Below are positions 39,656 through 50,671 of a stretch of 64,000 nucleotides of DNA, piece after piece. The notes below the pieces were generated by a model that was given only the letters and a program-made list of their open reading frames with translations, was not told the DNA's origin and made no database searches. Every line of letters starts with the position of its first letter. Within the stretch, counting starts at the first letter, position 1. The DNA comes from an uncultured virus (IMG/VR IMGVR_UViG_3300020050_010858) (Duplodnaviria > Heunggongvirae > Uroviricota > Caudoviricetes), in the IMG/VR virus record IMGVR_UViG_3300020050_010858. One strand, given 5' to 3'. The translations under genes were made by a program, and so were the position numbers.

Positions 39656-40308
39656 TGAAACAGCAAGGAAAAGCAAAGAAGTTTACAGGAAAGCCGGGGA
39701 TTGAGTCCGTTACGGTTTCCGAAAAATCCGTGGAAGTGATGTTTAAAAACGTTCGCCTTGTCTATGACGGAATTTCGGAAGTTTGTGAGTCAGAGTTTGA
39801 AGGGACAAAGGCTTACAATTTCAAAGCAGGGCTTGAAATCCCGGAAGGGAAAGAACTTACCGCGCTCAAGAAAACGATCCGAGACCACTTTAAAGCAATG
39901 AAGCTTAAAGGCTTTGCGCCTGACGTAGCCATCGAGCATTTCGACGAAAAGAAATTCAAAGCATCCAACCAGGAAGGCTTTGCGCTTCTCTACCCGACGT
40001 CACCAGCGATTGAGACAGAGGACGGTTTCCAGCCAAAAGGGAAACTGTTTGTAAACCCGTCGCACGAAGCGCACTATGCTGGTTGCTACGTTGACGCAAA
40101 GGTTGCGTTTGTTGCAAACACGCGCGGTGCGATTACCATTAAAGACTACCTGAACGCAATCAAGAAAGTTGGTGATGGCGATCCGATTTCAGGTGCTCAA
40201 GATCCGTTTGGCGATTCGCAATCGAAAGCCACGGTCAAGGGCGTTCGCCGTCAGGAAAAGCCAGACGAAAAACCAAAGTCCGGTAAGAAGCCGGTAAAGA
40301 AGAAATAA
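39655..40308 (+). CDS. ssDNA-binding protein (DUF2815-like)
   Basis: NVRL.Y, YAGCYV, LNAI.KV.DG.P. Confidence 0.75.
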   Translation: MKQQGKAKKFTGKPGIESVTVSEKSVEVMFKNVRLVYDGISEVCESEFEGTKAYNFKAGLEIPEGKELTALKKTIRDHFKAMKLKGFAPDVAIEHFDEKKFKASNQEGFALLYPTSPAIETEDGFQPKGKLFVNPSHEAHYAGCYVDAKVAFVANTRGAITIKDYLNAIKKVGDGDPISGAQDPFGDSQSKATVKGVRRQEKPDEKPKSGKKPVKKK

Positions 40309-40342
40309 CAAGTTTCTCCAGAATAAGAGATTGTGACCATTG

Positions 40343-40378
40343 GCCCCGGGTTTCCTGCCAGATCCCGGGGCATTTTTT
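40343..40378 (+). terminator. Rho-independent terminator
   Basis: GCCCCGGG...CCCGGGGC stem followed by a T run. Confidence 0.75.
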
Positions 40379-40575
40379 CCCGGAGGGTAACGAATTGAAA
40401 AACGTGTGGCTATTCATTGCGGCGCTTTACACGTTGCTCGGCATTTTGCTTATCACTGATCGCTTGCAATGCGGGCGCACCATGTGCTACGCGAAAGCGC
40501 CGCACAGCAATAACGTTTATTTTACCTGGGATTGCAGCCCGGAGACGTTTCGGAAAAAGTGAAAAAGGAAAAGAA

Positions 40576-42489
40576 GTGAAACGCATTTTTATAGATTTTG
40601 AGACTTACAGTAACGCCCCGATTACGCTGGGCCCCCGCGCTTACGTGAACGGGTCCGCATTCCGCGCGGTCGTGCTGGCGTATGCAATCGACGGTGGGAA
40701 AGTAAAAACGACTACGGATTTTAGTAAGATCCCGAACGACATTCGCGCGGCGATGAAAGGTGAGTACGTTTTTATCGCGCATAACATGCCGTTCGATCGG
40801 GCCGTATTTGCGAAGACTTTTAAGGAAGAACTGGGAAACACCCTTGACACGCTGGCTATGTGCCGTTACGTTTCCGTGCCCGCATCGCTTGACCGTGCTT
40901 CGGAGTTTTTCGGGCTCGGACGTAAGTCAGAAACCGGGGCCCCGCTCATTAAGAAAATGGTTGCGGGGTCTGCCCTTGATGCGGACGAAATGCGCGAGCT
41001 TTGTCGTTACGCGAAACAGGACGTGGAATTGCTTCGCAAGCTCTACAGGGTTCTGCGACCCCTTGACACGTTTTCTGAATCAGTTCACGGGCTCCATGAG
41101 AACATGAACGAAAGCGGGATGGACGTTGACCAGGTTCGCGCGCGAAAGCTTCTTTCCATGATCCAGAACGAAAAAACGAACGTCGAAAAGAAGTCTCGTA
41201 AATCGTTCGGCGTGTACGGGAAAGACCAGAAAGCGATTGCGACAAGTGCAGCGCAGGTAAAGGCATTCCTTGCGAAAGCCGGTTTTGAAGTCGAATCGAT
41301 TGCAGAGAAAGAACTTGAGGACTTTTTAGCCGTGTCCGGGTCCAAGCTCCCGAAACGCTGCAAGGATTTGATTCTTGCTTACCGTGAATTGCAAAGCCGG
41401 GGCGCTGACAAGCTGGCCCTGATAGTAGAGAACAAAGTTGAACGTATATACGATTCCAGCATTTACCACGGGGCACACACGGGCAGACCGACCGGCGGGG
41501 GAATCAATCTTCTAAACGTAAAGCGGTACACTGACGGCGATGACCTGGCACCGTTTGACAAAGCGCTAAAGCGGATCGTGAAAGAAGCGAAACCGGGTGA
41601 ACGGGTCAAACGGTTGAGCTCGCTTTTGTGGGGTTGCCTGATTCCTGACACAGAAAAGGAAGTCATAATCCGGTCGGATCTTTCAGCCATTGAGCCCCGT
41701 GTCGGCGCCTGGCTACGGGATGACCTGAAGACTCTGGACATTTACCGGCGCGCGGATGACGGGGCGGGAAAAGACGAGTACACGATTTTCGGAGAGTCTA
41801 TGAATTTCCCCGCAAAGATTAGCCGGAACCTGTCTAAAATCGTAATCCTCGCCGCCTGTTATGGAATGGGCCCCCCGCGTTTCCAGGCGCAGTGCAGGCA
41901 ATGGGGAATGCCTGACCCCGGAGAACAGGAAGCGGCAAAGATCCTTGAGGGATACCATAGAAGAAACCCGAGCGTTAAGCGCGTCTGGTTCAGTCTGATC
42001 AAGATGGCCGTAAAAGCCATTGAAGCGGGCCCCGGGACAATCAAGGGCGACAATTTCGAGTCAGGCCATAATCTGGGGATGTGCGCGGAACAGATTGGCG
42101 GCAAACTGTTTCTGGCGGTTCGGCTGCCATCCGGGCGGGTGAAGCGTTACGCTGACGTAAGGATCGAAACGCGGGGAACCAATGGGTGGAAAACCTTTTC
42201 CTATATCGACCCGCTCAAGGGTTTCAGGCAGACCGTGCCCGCCGCCGGGCTCTATGAGAATATCGTGCAGGCAATCGCCGTTGACGTGAGCTTTGAAAAG
42301 GCCCTTCAGATTCAAACGTTCGCAAAGGTCAAGCTGATTATTCACGATGAGATTAACGTTTCAACCGTGAAAAAGAACGTCGAGCGCATGAAAAAGATTA
42401 TGCGTGAACCGGTTGCATGGTTGCCCGGAATGCCGGTAAGTTCTAAAACGTCCGTATGCAGAACATTTCACAAAGGGGACCTGGTATGA
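40576..42489 (+). CDS. polA: DNA polymerase family A
   Basis: Exonuclease DFET, AHN..FD; polymerase DLSAIEPR, K...LA..YG, HDEI. Confidence 0.92.
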   Translation: MKRIFIDFETYSNAPITLGPRAYVNGSAFRAVVLAYAIDGGKVKTTTDFSKIPNDIRAAMKGEYVFIAHNMPFDRAVFAKTFKEELGNTLDTLAMCRYVSVPASLDRASEFFGLGRKSETGAPLIKKMVAGSALDADEMRELCRYAKQDVELLRKLYRVLRPLDTFSESVHGLHENMNESGMDVDQVRARKLLSMIQNEKTNVEKKSRKSFGVYGKDQKAIATSAAQVKAFLAKAGFEVESIAEKELEDFLAVSGSKLPKRCKDLILAYRELQSRGADKLALIVENKVERIYDSSIYHGAHTGRPTGGGINLLNVKRYTDGDDLAPFDKALKRIVKEAKPGERVKRLSSLLWGCLIPDTEKEVIIRSDLSAIEPRVGAWLRDDLKTLDIYRRADDGAGKDEYTIFGESMNFPAKISRNLSKIVILAACYGMGPPRFQAQCRQWGMPDPGEQEAAKILEGYHRRNPSVKRVWFSLIKMAVKAIEAGPGTIKGDNFESGHNLGMCAEQIGGKLFLAVRLPSGRVKRYADVRIETRGTNGWKTFSYIDPLKGFRQTVPAAGLYENIVQAIAVDVSFEKALQIQTFAKVKLIIHDEINVSTVKKNVERMKKIMREPVAWLPGMPVSSKTSVCRTFHKGDLV

Positions 42490-42664
42490 ATCAAGGGGTG
42501 CGAGACTTATTAAGACTTCTGGTCTACACTAAAGCTAGCGGGATGTTTGTCGGATCTTTGGAGCATTCAGACGTTATTCGGGATTTAAACACGATTGATG
42601 ATTTCCAGCGTTTTTGTGAACGAAACGGAATTGAAATCGAAATCAAGTTGAAAAGCGAGCAAGA

Positions 42665-44797
42665 ATGAAGCCGCGCGAAATAACGAGTCAGTTTCTTTCT
42701 GACATTTACCGGGGGCTCGGGGGCGAAATCGTTCTGGTTTCGGCGCTGTCCCCTTTCCGCTGTGAAGTCGTCCCCGTTTTGAAGCTTGCAGACGCGGCAA
42801 AGAAAATCGATTTCACGAAAGAGCTTTTCTTTTCTGTCGCTTCCTACAAAGCCGGGGTTGTCCAGAAATCCGGCAAGGGTCGTGGCAAGGGCGCATTGTC
42901 TGGCGTTGAAATCCTGCATTTCGACTTTGACAAAAGGAAGTTTGACGACCCGTCTAAGTACTTTCAGGCGAAAGGCTTCCCCGAACCGTCCTACGCTTTC
43001 ACGCGTGCGGATCGTTTTCATGTTTACTATTTGCTTTCCGAACCCTGCACCGATATGCAGGATTACGAACAAACTCTAAAGCGTCTGGCCAAACTGGTTA
43101 GCGCCGATGTGCTCCCCGCGCACCCCGCCGCGTTAATGCGCGTCCCGTTCACAGCCCATAAGAAGAAAGGAAAGACGGGCCCCGGATATACGCCAGTCAT
43201 TAGCAACCGGAAACGTTACCCGCTTTCAACGTTTAAGAACATCGGAGCGGCTACAAAACAAACTGAACCGGGAAGCCCTGAAGCACAGCGCCCGGCTGGC
43301 GACTGGTTAGAAAAGATCCTTCTGAAAAGCCGGGCAAAGATTGAGCCAGGGGCCGGGCGTTCGTCCGCGCTCTACCAGTTCGCGCTACGTTGCCGCGACT
43401 TCGATATGGACGAAAGGCAGGCGCAGGGGTTAGCCCGTCGGTTCAATGAATTGTACTGCGAACCCCCGGAAGCGTCGCCGGTCGTGGTTCACCAGGTATC
43501 AAGTGCCTACAGGTATGCAAAGCATCCCCCGGGGCGCTACCTGTCAGAGAAGCCCGAACGTCAGGCGCTCAAGTTCGAGGCTGACTGCAAGATTTCAGAA
43601 AACCTGGCAGACTTTGTTTTCATTGCTGAGGCTGAAATCCTGATAAACGTAAAGAATGGACTCCGTTACACCAAAGCCGCCCAGATAGAAAACGCAATCT
43701 GTGCCGCAACAGGGGTTAAAACTTCGCTGCAATACGCGCTCACGTTTCGGCTTATTGCTCTGAAAGACCGTCTGGCGTTTCGCCCGGATGAGGAACCCGA
43801 ATTTTTGCTCGCTGACGTTTCGTACTTTAACACGTTCGAGAAAGTTCGGTTAATTGAGAAAACGAAAGTACGTAAAGCGGACGTTTCCACGTTTGAGAAG
43901 CACTTGCAGTACCTGACGAACAATGACGAAGAGTTCGAGCACTTGCGAAAGTGGTTAGCTTGCGCGCTCCTGTTACCGGGACAAAAGATCAAGCACGCGT
44001 TGCTTTTGATTTCTACCCATGAGGGAATCGGGAAAAGCGCGCTCGAAGCTTTGTCAAAGAATATCCTTTGTAGCGTGCGGGAACAATCCTACGTCATCCA
44101 GGCGACCAATACAGAGATTGCGCGCGGGAATAACTCGTGGATTGAATCGAAGTTTTTGACGTTCGTCCATGAGCTGGGGCAATCGGAGAAATACGCGGTC
44201 ATGGACCAGCTTAAAAACTGGATCACTGAGCCCCGCGTCAGGATCTCTGACAAGTACGTCCGAAGCTACGAAATAGAGAACTTCTGTAATTTCGTATTCT
44301 ACTCGAATGCGGTCAACGCCCTGCCCATTTCCGGGACAGACCGCCGGTTCTTTATCGTGGTCAACCGCAAGGTGCCGATGGAGGCCGCATACTATCAGAA
44401 CCTGTTTCAGACCTTTGACGAGGGCGTGTATTCAATCGTGGACTACCTGGGCAAGCATGCCGGGAAACTCGACGTTAACGCCCCGCCGCCGGTCACAGCG
44501 TCCAAACTGGAACTGCGAAATTATAGCAAAAACGAGTTGACCATTTTCCTTGATGAGTGTTTAAGTGATTCAGCTTACAAAGATTTTTTCAGCTCCGGGT
44601 TCACGATCCGCGCGCTGGCAGAACGCATACAGGATTCGGCGCACGCGTCCAACATCCGGTTCAGCCAGAAACAGGCGGCAATGTGGCTCAGGGAAAACAA
44701 CTACTTTGTAAGGGAACTGCACCAGGACGGAAGGCATGTAAGGCTTTACAAGTCCGACAACGTGGTCAGGGGTAAGTTCAAGGAAGGGAAGAAATGA
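42665..44797 (+). CDS. Primase-helicase (AEP, PriCT and P-loop domains)
   Basis: HFDFD, FHVY, MRVP; GIGKS, HE, YSN...DRRF. Confidence 0.85.
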   Translation: MKPREITSQFLSDIYRGLGGEIVLVSALSPFRCEVVPVLKLADAAKKIDFTKELFFSVASYKAGVVQKSGKGRGKGALSGVEILHFDFDKRKFDDPSKYFQAKGFPEPSYAFTRADRFHVYYLLSEPCTDMQDYEQTLKRLAKLVSADVLPAHPAALMRVPFTAHKKKGKTGPGYTPVISNRKRYPLSTFKNIGAATKQTEPGSPEAQRPAGDWLEKILLKSRAKIEPGAGRSSALYQFALRCRDFDMDERQAQGLARRFNELYCEPPEASPVVVHQVSSAYRYAKHPPGRYLSEKPERQALKFEADCKISENLADFVFIAEAEILINVKNGLRYTKAAQIENAICAATGVKTSLQYALTFRLIALKDRLAFRPDEEPEFLLADVSYFNTFEKVRLIEKTKVRKADVSTFEKHLQYLTNNDEEFEHLRKWLACALLLPGQKIKHALLLISTHEGIGKSALEALSKNILCSVREQSYVIQATNTEIARGNNSWIESKFLTFVHELGQSEKYAVMDQLKNWITEPRVRISDKYVRSYEIENFCNFVFYSNAVNALPISGTDRRFFIVVNRKVPMEAAYYQNLFQTFDEGVYSIVDYLGKHAGKLDVNAPPPVTASKLELRNYSKNELTIFLDECLSDSAYKDFFSSGFTIRALAERIQDSAHASNIRFSQKQAAMWLRENNYFVRELHQDGRHVRLYKSDNVVRGKFKEGKK

Positions 44798-45373
44798 GCG
44801 AACTTTTTGAGACGGGCCCAGGAATCGATAAAATTACGGACGTCATGAACGCGGCTTTCAAAGAAGCTCAAGAGAAAGGGGTTCTGACCATTTCCGTTCC
44901 GGTCCCTGTTCCTGCGCAATATATCGAAATATCTTTCGTGGTTGCAGGGCCGCTGGACGACTAGACAAAATATCCAATTATGTAAAGTTTTAGGAGTAAA
45001 CACGAAATGAAAGCAATCGAAGAAATCAAAAGAATCTACGACACGCCGGGCAGGCAGTGGGAAAAGGGCGCAATGCGCGGGGCTCACAATCCGAAGTCTG
45101 TTGCAAAGACTCGCCAGTCTAACTTTGACGATATGCTGAGGGAGGCCCTTTTGCTCGGGGAGCAAATCACTATTATCGATTCACGACGGGCGGCGCTGAA
45201 ATGACACCGCAACGTTTTTCGGACATCTCTAATGCTATCGTAGAGGTTGAAAAGCTCTCAATTACGCTACCCCCTGTAGACCAAAGAATTTGTACTACTT
45301 TCTGCGTAGTGCTTCGCGAGTTGCTAGCCGAAGTACCAATCACTGATGACTTGATAAAAGGGGTACCGATTCA

Positions 45374-46666
45374 ATGAAAACGTCAACGGTAATCGTCTGG
45401 AATTCGCGCGTCAAGAATCTTGATTTCTGGGCCACGATCATTTCAAGGGTCGACCCGAAGGAAACGAGCTTTACCGTTATCCACAATCTCAAGGGCTCGC
45501 CAGTTTCTTCTAAAGAAGTGCGTGAGAAAGTCGAGGCTTGCGGGGCAACCTACATTCCACGGAAGACCCCCGGCATGGACATAGGCGCATTCCAGGAAGT
45601 TTGCAGGCATAGACTCGAAGGTTTTGACTATAACTACGATTTTCTAATCTGGTTCACTGATGACTGCTTTCCAATGACGCCAGATTTCGCGCAGTCCTAC
45701 CGGAAACCTTTTTCTGACCCTGCGATGGGGCTTTCTTGTCTTGAGATTTCTTCTCAGGGGAGACGGCACGTTCGCACTACAGGTTTCGGAATTAGACGTG
45801 CAGTCGCGGAAAGTCTAACCTTTCACGTTGACCCGATTTCTACCAAGGAAGAGTGCTATGTCTTCGAACACCGGGACAAGCGCGCGACGCTGTATTTGCA
45901 GATCCTGGCGAAAGGCTTAAAGGTCGCTCAGATTGCGCCGATACGGCAGTCTCCGGTCTGGGATTCAGGCGGGGGCGGGCACGGCTGGGTCAACCGGCGA
46001 GAAGAGTTTGAAAAAGTCTGGGACCTTAAAAAGAAGGGTTCGAAAGTTTTGATCCTCGCAACGTGTTTTGAAAGGTTCCCCCCGGTTGTCGCGTCTTTCC
46101 TTGCCCAGACTTACCATAACTGGGAATTACGTTTAATCCACAACGGACCTGCCCCGACGCTCTACCCGAAATTTGATGACCCACGAATCATATTTGAGGA
46201 AACAGACCAGAACAGGGGAAATTTTGGACACCCTAACCGGGAGCTATTCCTTAACCGGATTCGCGCGGGCACGCTGGCCGGGGATTACGCGCTCATTACG
46301 AATGATGACAACTACCACGCACCGTTTTTCCTTGAAAAACTGGTCCGGGCGCTGGACGAAAACCCGGACGCCCCCGGCGCTTACTGTTCGGCAATGGTCC
46401 ACAATTACGCGGGCATCAAAGGCGATACGACGGTCAGGATGGAAGACGGTCACGCCGTGGATGGCTACGGGGTAATCAATGTAAAACCCGAGCGCGGACA
46501 TATGGACGTTGCTGGGGTCCTCATTCGCGCGGAAATGGCCGGGCGTGCGGGCTGGCCCGACTACACGCATTCCAGTGATTGGACGTACCTCGACCGGGTA
46601 GCACAGCAAAACGGAGGGTGGGGAAAATTCAAAGTCGTCCCTGGCGTTTTGCTTGTGCATAATTGA
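45374..46666 (+). CDS. Two-domain glycosyltransferase (C-terminal GT2)
   Basis: GMDIGAF, TDD; AQTY.NWEL, TNDDNY, SDW. Confidence 0.75.
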   Translation: MKTSTVIVWNSRVKNLDFWATIISRVDPKETSFTVIHNLKGSPVSSKEVREKVEACGATYIPRKTPGMDIGAFQEVCRHRLEGFDYNYDFLIWFTDDCFPMTPDFAQSYRKPFSDPAMGLSCLEISSQGRRHVRTTGFGIRRAVAESLTFHVDPISTKEECYVFEHRDKRATLYLQILAKGLKVAQIAPIRQSPVWDSGGGGHGWVNRREEFEKVWDLKKKGSKVLILATCFERFPPVVASFLAQTYHNWELRLIHNGPAPTLYPKFDDPRIIFEETDQNRGNFGHPNRELFLNRIRAGTLAGDYALITNDDNYHAPFFLEKLVRALDENPDAPGAYCSAMVHNYAGIKGDTTVRMEDGHAVDGYGVINVKPERGHMDVAGVLIRAEMAGRAGWPDYTHSSDWTYLDRVAQQNGGWGKFKVVPGVLLVHN

Positions 46667-46686
46667 AAGCCGGGGGAGAATGAAAA

Positions 46687-47907
46687 ATGGGTGGTTACAG
46701 TCCTTCACATTGGAGATTTGAGGAAGAAGAATTGGAAAGAGTGGAAAGAGTGGAAAAAGTAAAGAAGCACACCCAATGCAGGTTATGCAGCGGACCCCTT
46801 GAGCTGGTTTTAGATTACGGTGCAATGCCGCTTGCAAACGCCCTTGCCGATTCGCGTGACGCCGCCCTTGTAAGCGAGCTGTTTGAACAAAAGCTAATGT
46901 TTTGCAACGAGTGCTTGCTGGGTCAGCTTTCCGTAGTCGTTAGCCCGGAAACTCTTTACAAGGATTACGCGTACAGGTCCGCAACGTCAGGCGCTTTTCG
47001 GAAACATTGAGAAGGGCTCGCACGGGAGCTTGTAGCATGGGGGCCAATCGAAACGGTGCTGGACATTGCGGGCAATGACGGAACCATGATAAAAGAAGTT
47101 CTGAAAAGAAAACCGGTTCAGGGTTTCGTGTGCGACGTTACGCAGGACGAGAACCCGGAGGACTACGTGAAAGTTAAACGCTTCTGGAACGAGGAAACTG
47201 CAAGCGACTTTTTGAAAGAACACGGAACCGTTGACGCGGTAATCGCTCAAAACGTCGTCGGTCACGTTGACCACGTAATTGAATTTTTTAAGGCTGTGCG
47301 CAAAGTCCTGACCCCCGGCGGGGTCTTTGTTGTAGAGGTGCCGTCTTTCCCCGAGCTTGTAAGATCCGGGGCGTTTGACACGGTCTATCATGAACACCTG
47401 TCCTATTGGACCGCTACGGCGATGCGCGCGCTTGCGGAAAAGTCCGGGCTTGTTCTGTGCAGCACCGAATTTTCAAACGTGCATTGCGGGTCGTTCAGGT
47501 TCTGGTTGACTGACCAGCGTTTCGCCAGCGTGCACGGGCAATCGATCGAGCTGGCGGAAAGGGAATTTTTTCAAGGCCCCGGATGGGGGGAGTCAGTTTT
47601 CCAGAAGTTTGGGGCGGGGCGATTTTTTCAGGAATGGTTGCGCAATGAAATAGTAATTGGCGTAACGGCGAGCGCAAAGGCAACAGTCCTTTTAAATGCC
47701 TACGCTGTGCCCGTTGACTACGTAGTGGATAGCGCCGCATCAAAACACAGAAAGTTTATTCCCGGGGTTGGCCTCGAAATAAAACCATTCACGCGTGAAA
47801 ACCTTATTGGTGCAACGGTGGCTTTGATCCTGTCTCGTAACCTGGTCGGGGAACTTACCGAACAGTTAAGGCAGAACGGTTTTAAGGGCATAATTGTAGC
47901 CGTTTAA
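46687..47907 (+). pseudogene. NDP-sugar C-methyltransferase interrupted by one in-frame TGA (47008-47010)
   Basis: CRLC...MPLAN..C..C Zn site; LDIAGNDG, YHEHLSY, ASAKA; both ORFs are in the same frame. Confidence 0.8.
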
Positions 47908-47978
47908 AGCTGAACTTTTTTTCCTTCTCTTAACTTTTTTTTGCTTGCTATTTGTCCCGCCCATGCTATACTGTTTGC

Positions 47979-48395
47979 ATGGACACAAAAAAGGTAGTTA
48001 TTGGCAGATATTACCGGGAACCGCTCAGGAAGTTTCTGACGGCGTTAAACGTGGCGGCGGTCAAATCCCGTACGCTAACCCAGACAGAAAGAGCCGTTCG
48101 CAAAGTCGAATACTCAATCGAGCACGACTTTAAAGACGGGTTCGCCCCAAGATCCCACGGGCTGGATGCTCAGTCATTGGCCCGGCGGGAGCTTGACAAA
48201 CTGAATCAGGTTTTGCCCGATGATTTGAAACAGGCAGAACTTGACCAGGTGCGGGCACAGCTTGTAGCGGCGGAAACGCTGGTTGCAGAATTGCAACGCC
48301 GGGTCACTGAGCTGGACCATTCACGCGGGTCTATGGAATTCATCGCCAGACAGCGAGAAATTCAGGAAGCGCGCGCGAGGGCAAACGCATCATGA
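47979..48395 (+). CDS. Hypothetical coiled-coil protein
   Basis: TTGCTA-16-TATACT promoter directly upstream. Confidence 0.5.
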   Translation: MDTKKVVIGRYYREPLRKFLTALNVAAVKSRTLTQTERAVRKVEYSIEHDFKDGFAPRSHGLDAQSLARRELDKLNQVLPDDLKQAELDQVRAQLVAAETLVAELQRRVTELDHSRGSMEFIARQREIQEARARANAS

Positions 48396-49375
48396 GAACG
48401 GTAATACTGGCCATTCTGGTAATCTGTGCCGGGTGTGATTCTGCAAAGAATCCCCCGGTTCAGTTTCCCTTTCCTGCCTCCGTACTCGAAAGCATGCCAT
48501 ACGAGACGCACCCACTTGTCCAGAAGCAACGCGCCCTCCCGGCGATCAATGGTGAGACGACCCCGATAGTATGGAATGGCCGGATCGTAACCATCACGAC
48601 AGGGCTCTATTTCATGGACCTGGAAACCGGCGCAATCATCGGGACGCATCCGGTCGACATGAATCAATTCGCGCTCATCAGTGCGATCGTTCATAGTGGC
48701 CGCGTTTACGTGTTCGGATCGGATCAGTTCATGCTTGACGGTCGATATGCAACGCAACCCGGGAACGCCGTTCAGATGATCTCGTCCGCGGACCTGGTAA
48801 CGTGGACGGCGCCGGTCGAGGTTTTGCGTGCGCCGGACAACATCCGCATTTTGAATACTTCCGTTGCCCCTGACGCTAACGGGTTCGTCATGATAATGGA
48901 AATGAATACCGAAAACGAATGGGGCACCTACCACGAAATGTTTGCGCGGTCTCCTGATTTGCTCGCATGGACGTTTACCGGTGGCATTCTTGAGCCGGCT
49001 CGATACTCGTCATGCCCTTCGATCCGTTACATGCCGGACGGGTTTTACTATGTAATTCACGACTTGCAGTATTCCCGAGCGCAAGCGGCTTTTGTTTCCA
49101 GAAGTGCCGATCTTATCGTCTGGGAACACCAGACCAGCCCTTATGCCGTAGTGTCACCGAAAAACGCCCCCGGGTTTGAATGGAAGGACTCAGCAAACTC
49201 GTTTACACCAGGGCCCCGGATCGCGCCTGATAACAATTCAGACGTTGACCTGGTAGAGTTTAGTGGGCAGACGCACGTTATTTACAATTATGGCGATCAG
49301 TCTACATTCGGCGGGCAAGCGTTCGCAGTCTATGACGGACCGATGCAGAACTTTTTCCAGGAGTTTTTCAAATGA
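48392..49375 (+). CDS. Lipoprotein with glycoside-hydrolase-like beta-propeller
   Basis: Lipobox CAGC; repeated S.DL..W Asp-box-like motifs. Confidence 0.65.
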   Translation: MRTVILAILVICAGCDSAKNPPVQFPFPASVLESMPYETHPLVQKQRALPAINGETTPIVWNGRIVTITTGLYFMDLETGAIIGTHPVDMNQFALISAIVHSGRVYVFGSDQFMLDGRYATQPGNAVQMISSADLVTWTAPVEVLRAPDNIRILNTSVAPDANGFVMIMEMNTENEWGTYHEMFARSPDLLAWTFTGGILEPARYSSCPSIRYMPDGFYYVIHDLQYSRAQAAFVSRSADLIVWEHQTSPYAVVSPKNAPGFEWKDSANSFTPGPRIAPDNNSDVDLVEFSGQTHVIYNYGDQSTFGGQAFAVYDGPMQNFFQEFFK

Positions 49376-50671
49376 GCCAGCATCTAAAAGAACAGCTAGA
49401 ACAGGCGCGGGAATATGCCCAAGCTTTGTACGATAACGGGGACGATACATCAGACGAGATTCGTGCTGCTTGGATTAGGAGCCATCGGAAAATCCTCGAC
49501 TCCATCCTGCACGACATGAGCCGCCCGTTTGATCCTACTGGGTGCGGGTTCGAGAATGTAGAGAGCGGCGGAATACTGAATCGTCAACAATGGGCAAATG
49601 GAATGTATGCGATTACCCTCGATGGTGGATACGGATTGATTGAAGAAATCGGCGGATCATCTCAATGGGAATTCCCATGGCCAGAATCCCACTTCGACGG
49701 CATCCAGTTGCTAATCAGTCTCGGGGTGGTGGAGAAATGAAAGACGTATTGAAATTTTTGGGTCTGCTTTTGGCTATGCTATCCCTCCCGTGGTTGTTCT
49801 ACGTTGCAGATGTTCTCACGCGTGGGCCAGTCGAATGCGAAACGAACATTGACGGCATTACGTATTGCAGGCCCGCCCCCATGACCCCACTTACAGCGCA
49901 CGAGCAGCAGCAGTGGAAACAGCTACGCCTTGAAGGCTATAAGGTAGAGCAGTGCGGAACGCTCGTAACGCAGAACGGCAAAGCCTGGCGCTGGTATAAT
50001 CCGATTGAGAAAGGATTTGCTTACCTGAATCGAAACGCAGCAATTCGAGATTGCATCAAGAGGAAACACAGATGACCCCCACCCTCCAGGACTTCTATGC
50101 GGAGTGCGTGGCGAGTTTGGAACAGGAAGAGAAGCATTCTTTATCTACCATCTTCGTGCTGAAACGTTTAGCTCTGGCAGTATTGATACCGGAAACTGAG
50201 GCGATTCATGTGATGGTAGGCTACCCAGACAGTCTGGACTTGCTTTATGGAGGTAAGGACATTCGCCGCGCCGCCTCCATTCTCTACGGGATCACCGGGA
50301 ACGAGAACTGGCTGAGGTTTGTCAGTAATGCGGGGAGCGTTTGAGAAATGAGTGTCAAGCCATACAAATATCTGGTGCAGGCCGTAGTCGATGGCGACAA
50401 GGAAGCATGCAAAGAAATTATCGAACTGATTGGCCGCCAGAGGAAAGCGACGGCGATTCGTCTGCGGTGCGAAAGAGCCCTCGTCAGGACGTGGCGCAAC
50501 AGCTACTATCACGAAACGCGCCGCTTGGGCAGACACCTGGATGCAATCGCCGAAGAGATCGAAGAAACCATGTCCGACGACAACAAGGAAGACATGATGA
50601 GGGTTCACGCGAAACGGCGCGGGGAAATATTACGCGAGGCCTTTCCGGTCTCAGGAGGTAGTGAGAGATGA
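49372..50671 (+). other. Four small coupled hypothetical CDS (49372-49740, 49737-50075, 50072-50344, 50348-50671)
   Basis: ATGA overlaps. Confidence 0.45.

Noticed and set aside
46687..47907. Genome-wide TGA recoding
   Set aside because: TGA terminates many neighbouring genes (ATGA overlaps)
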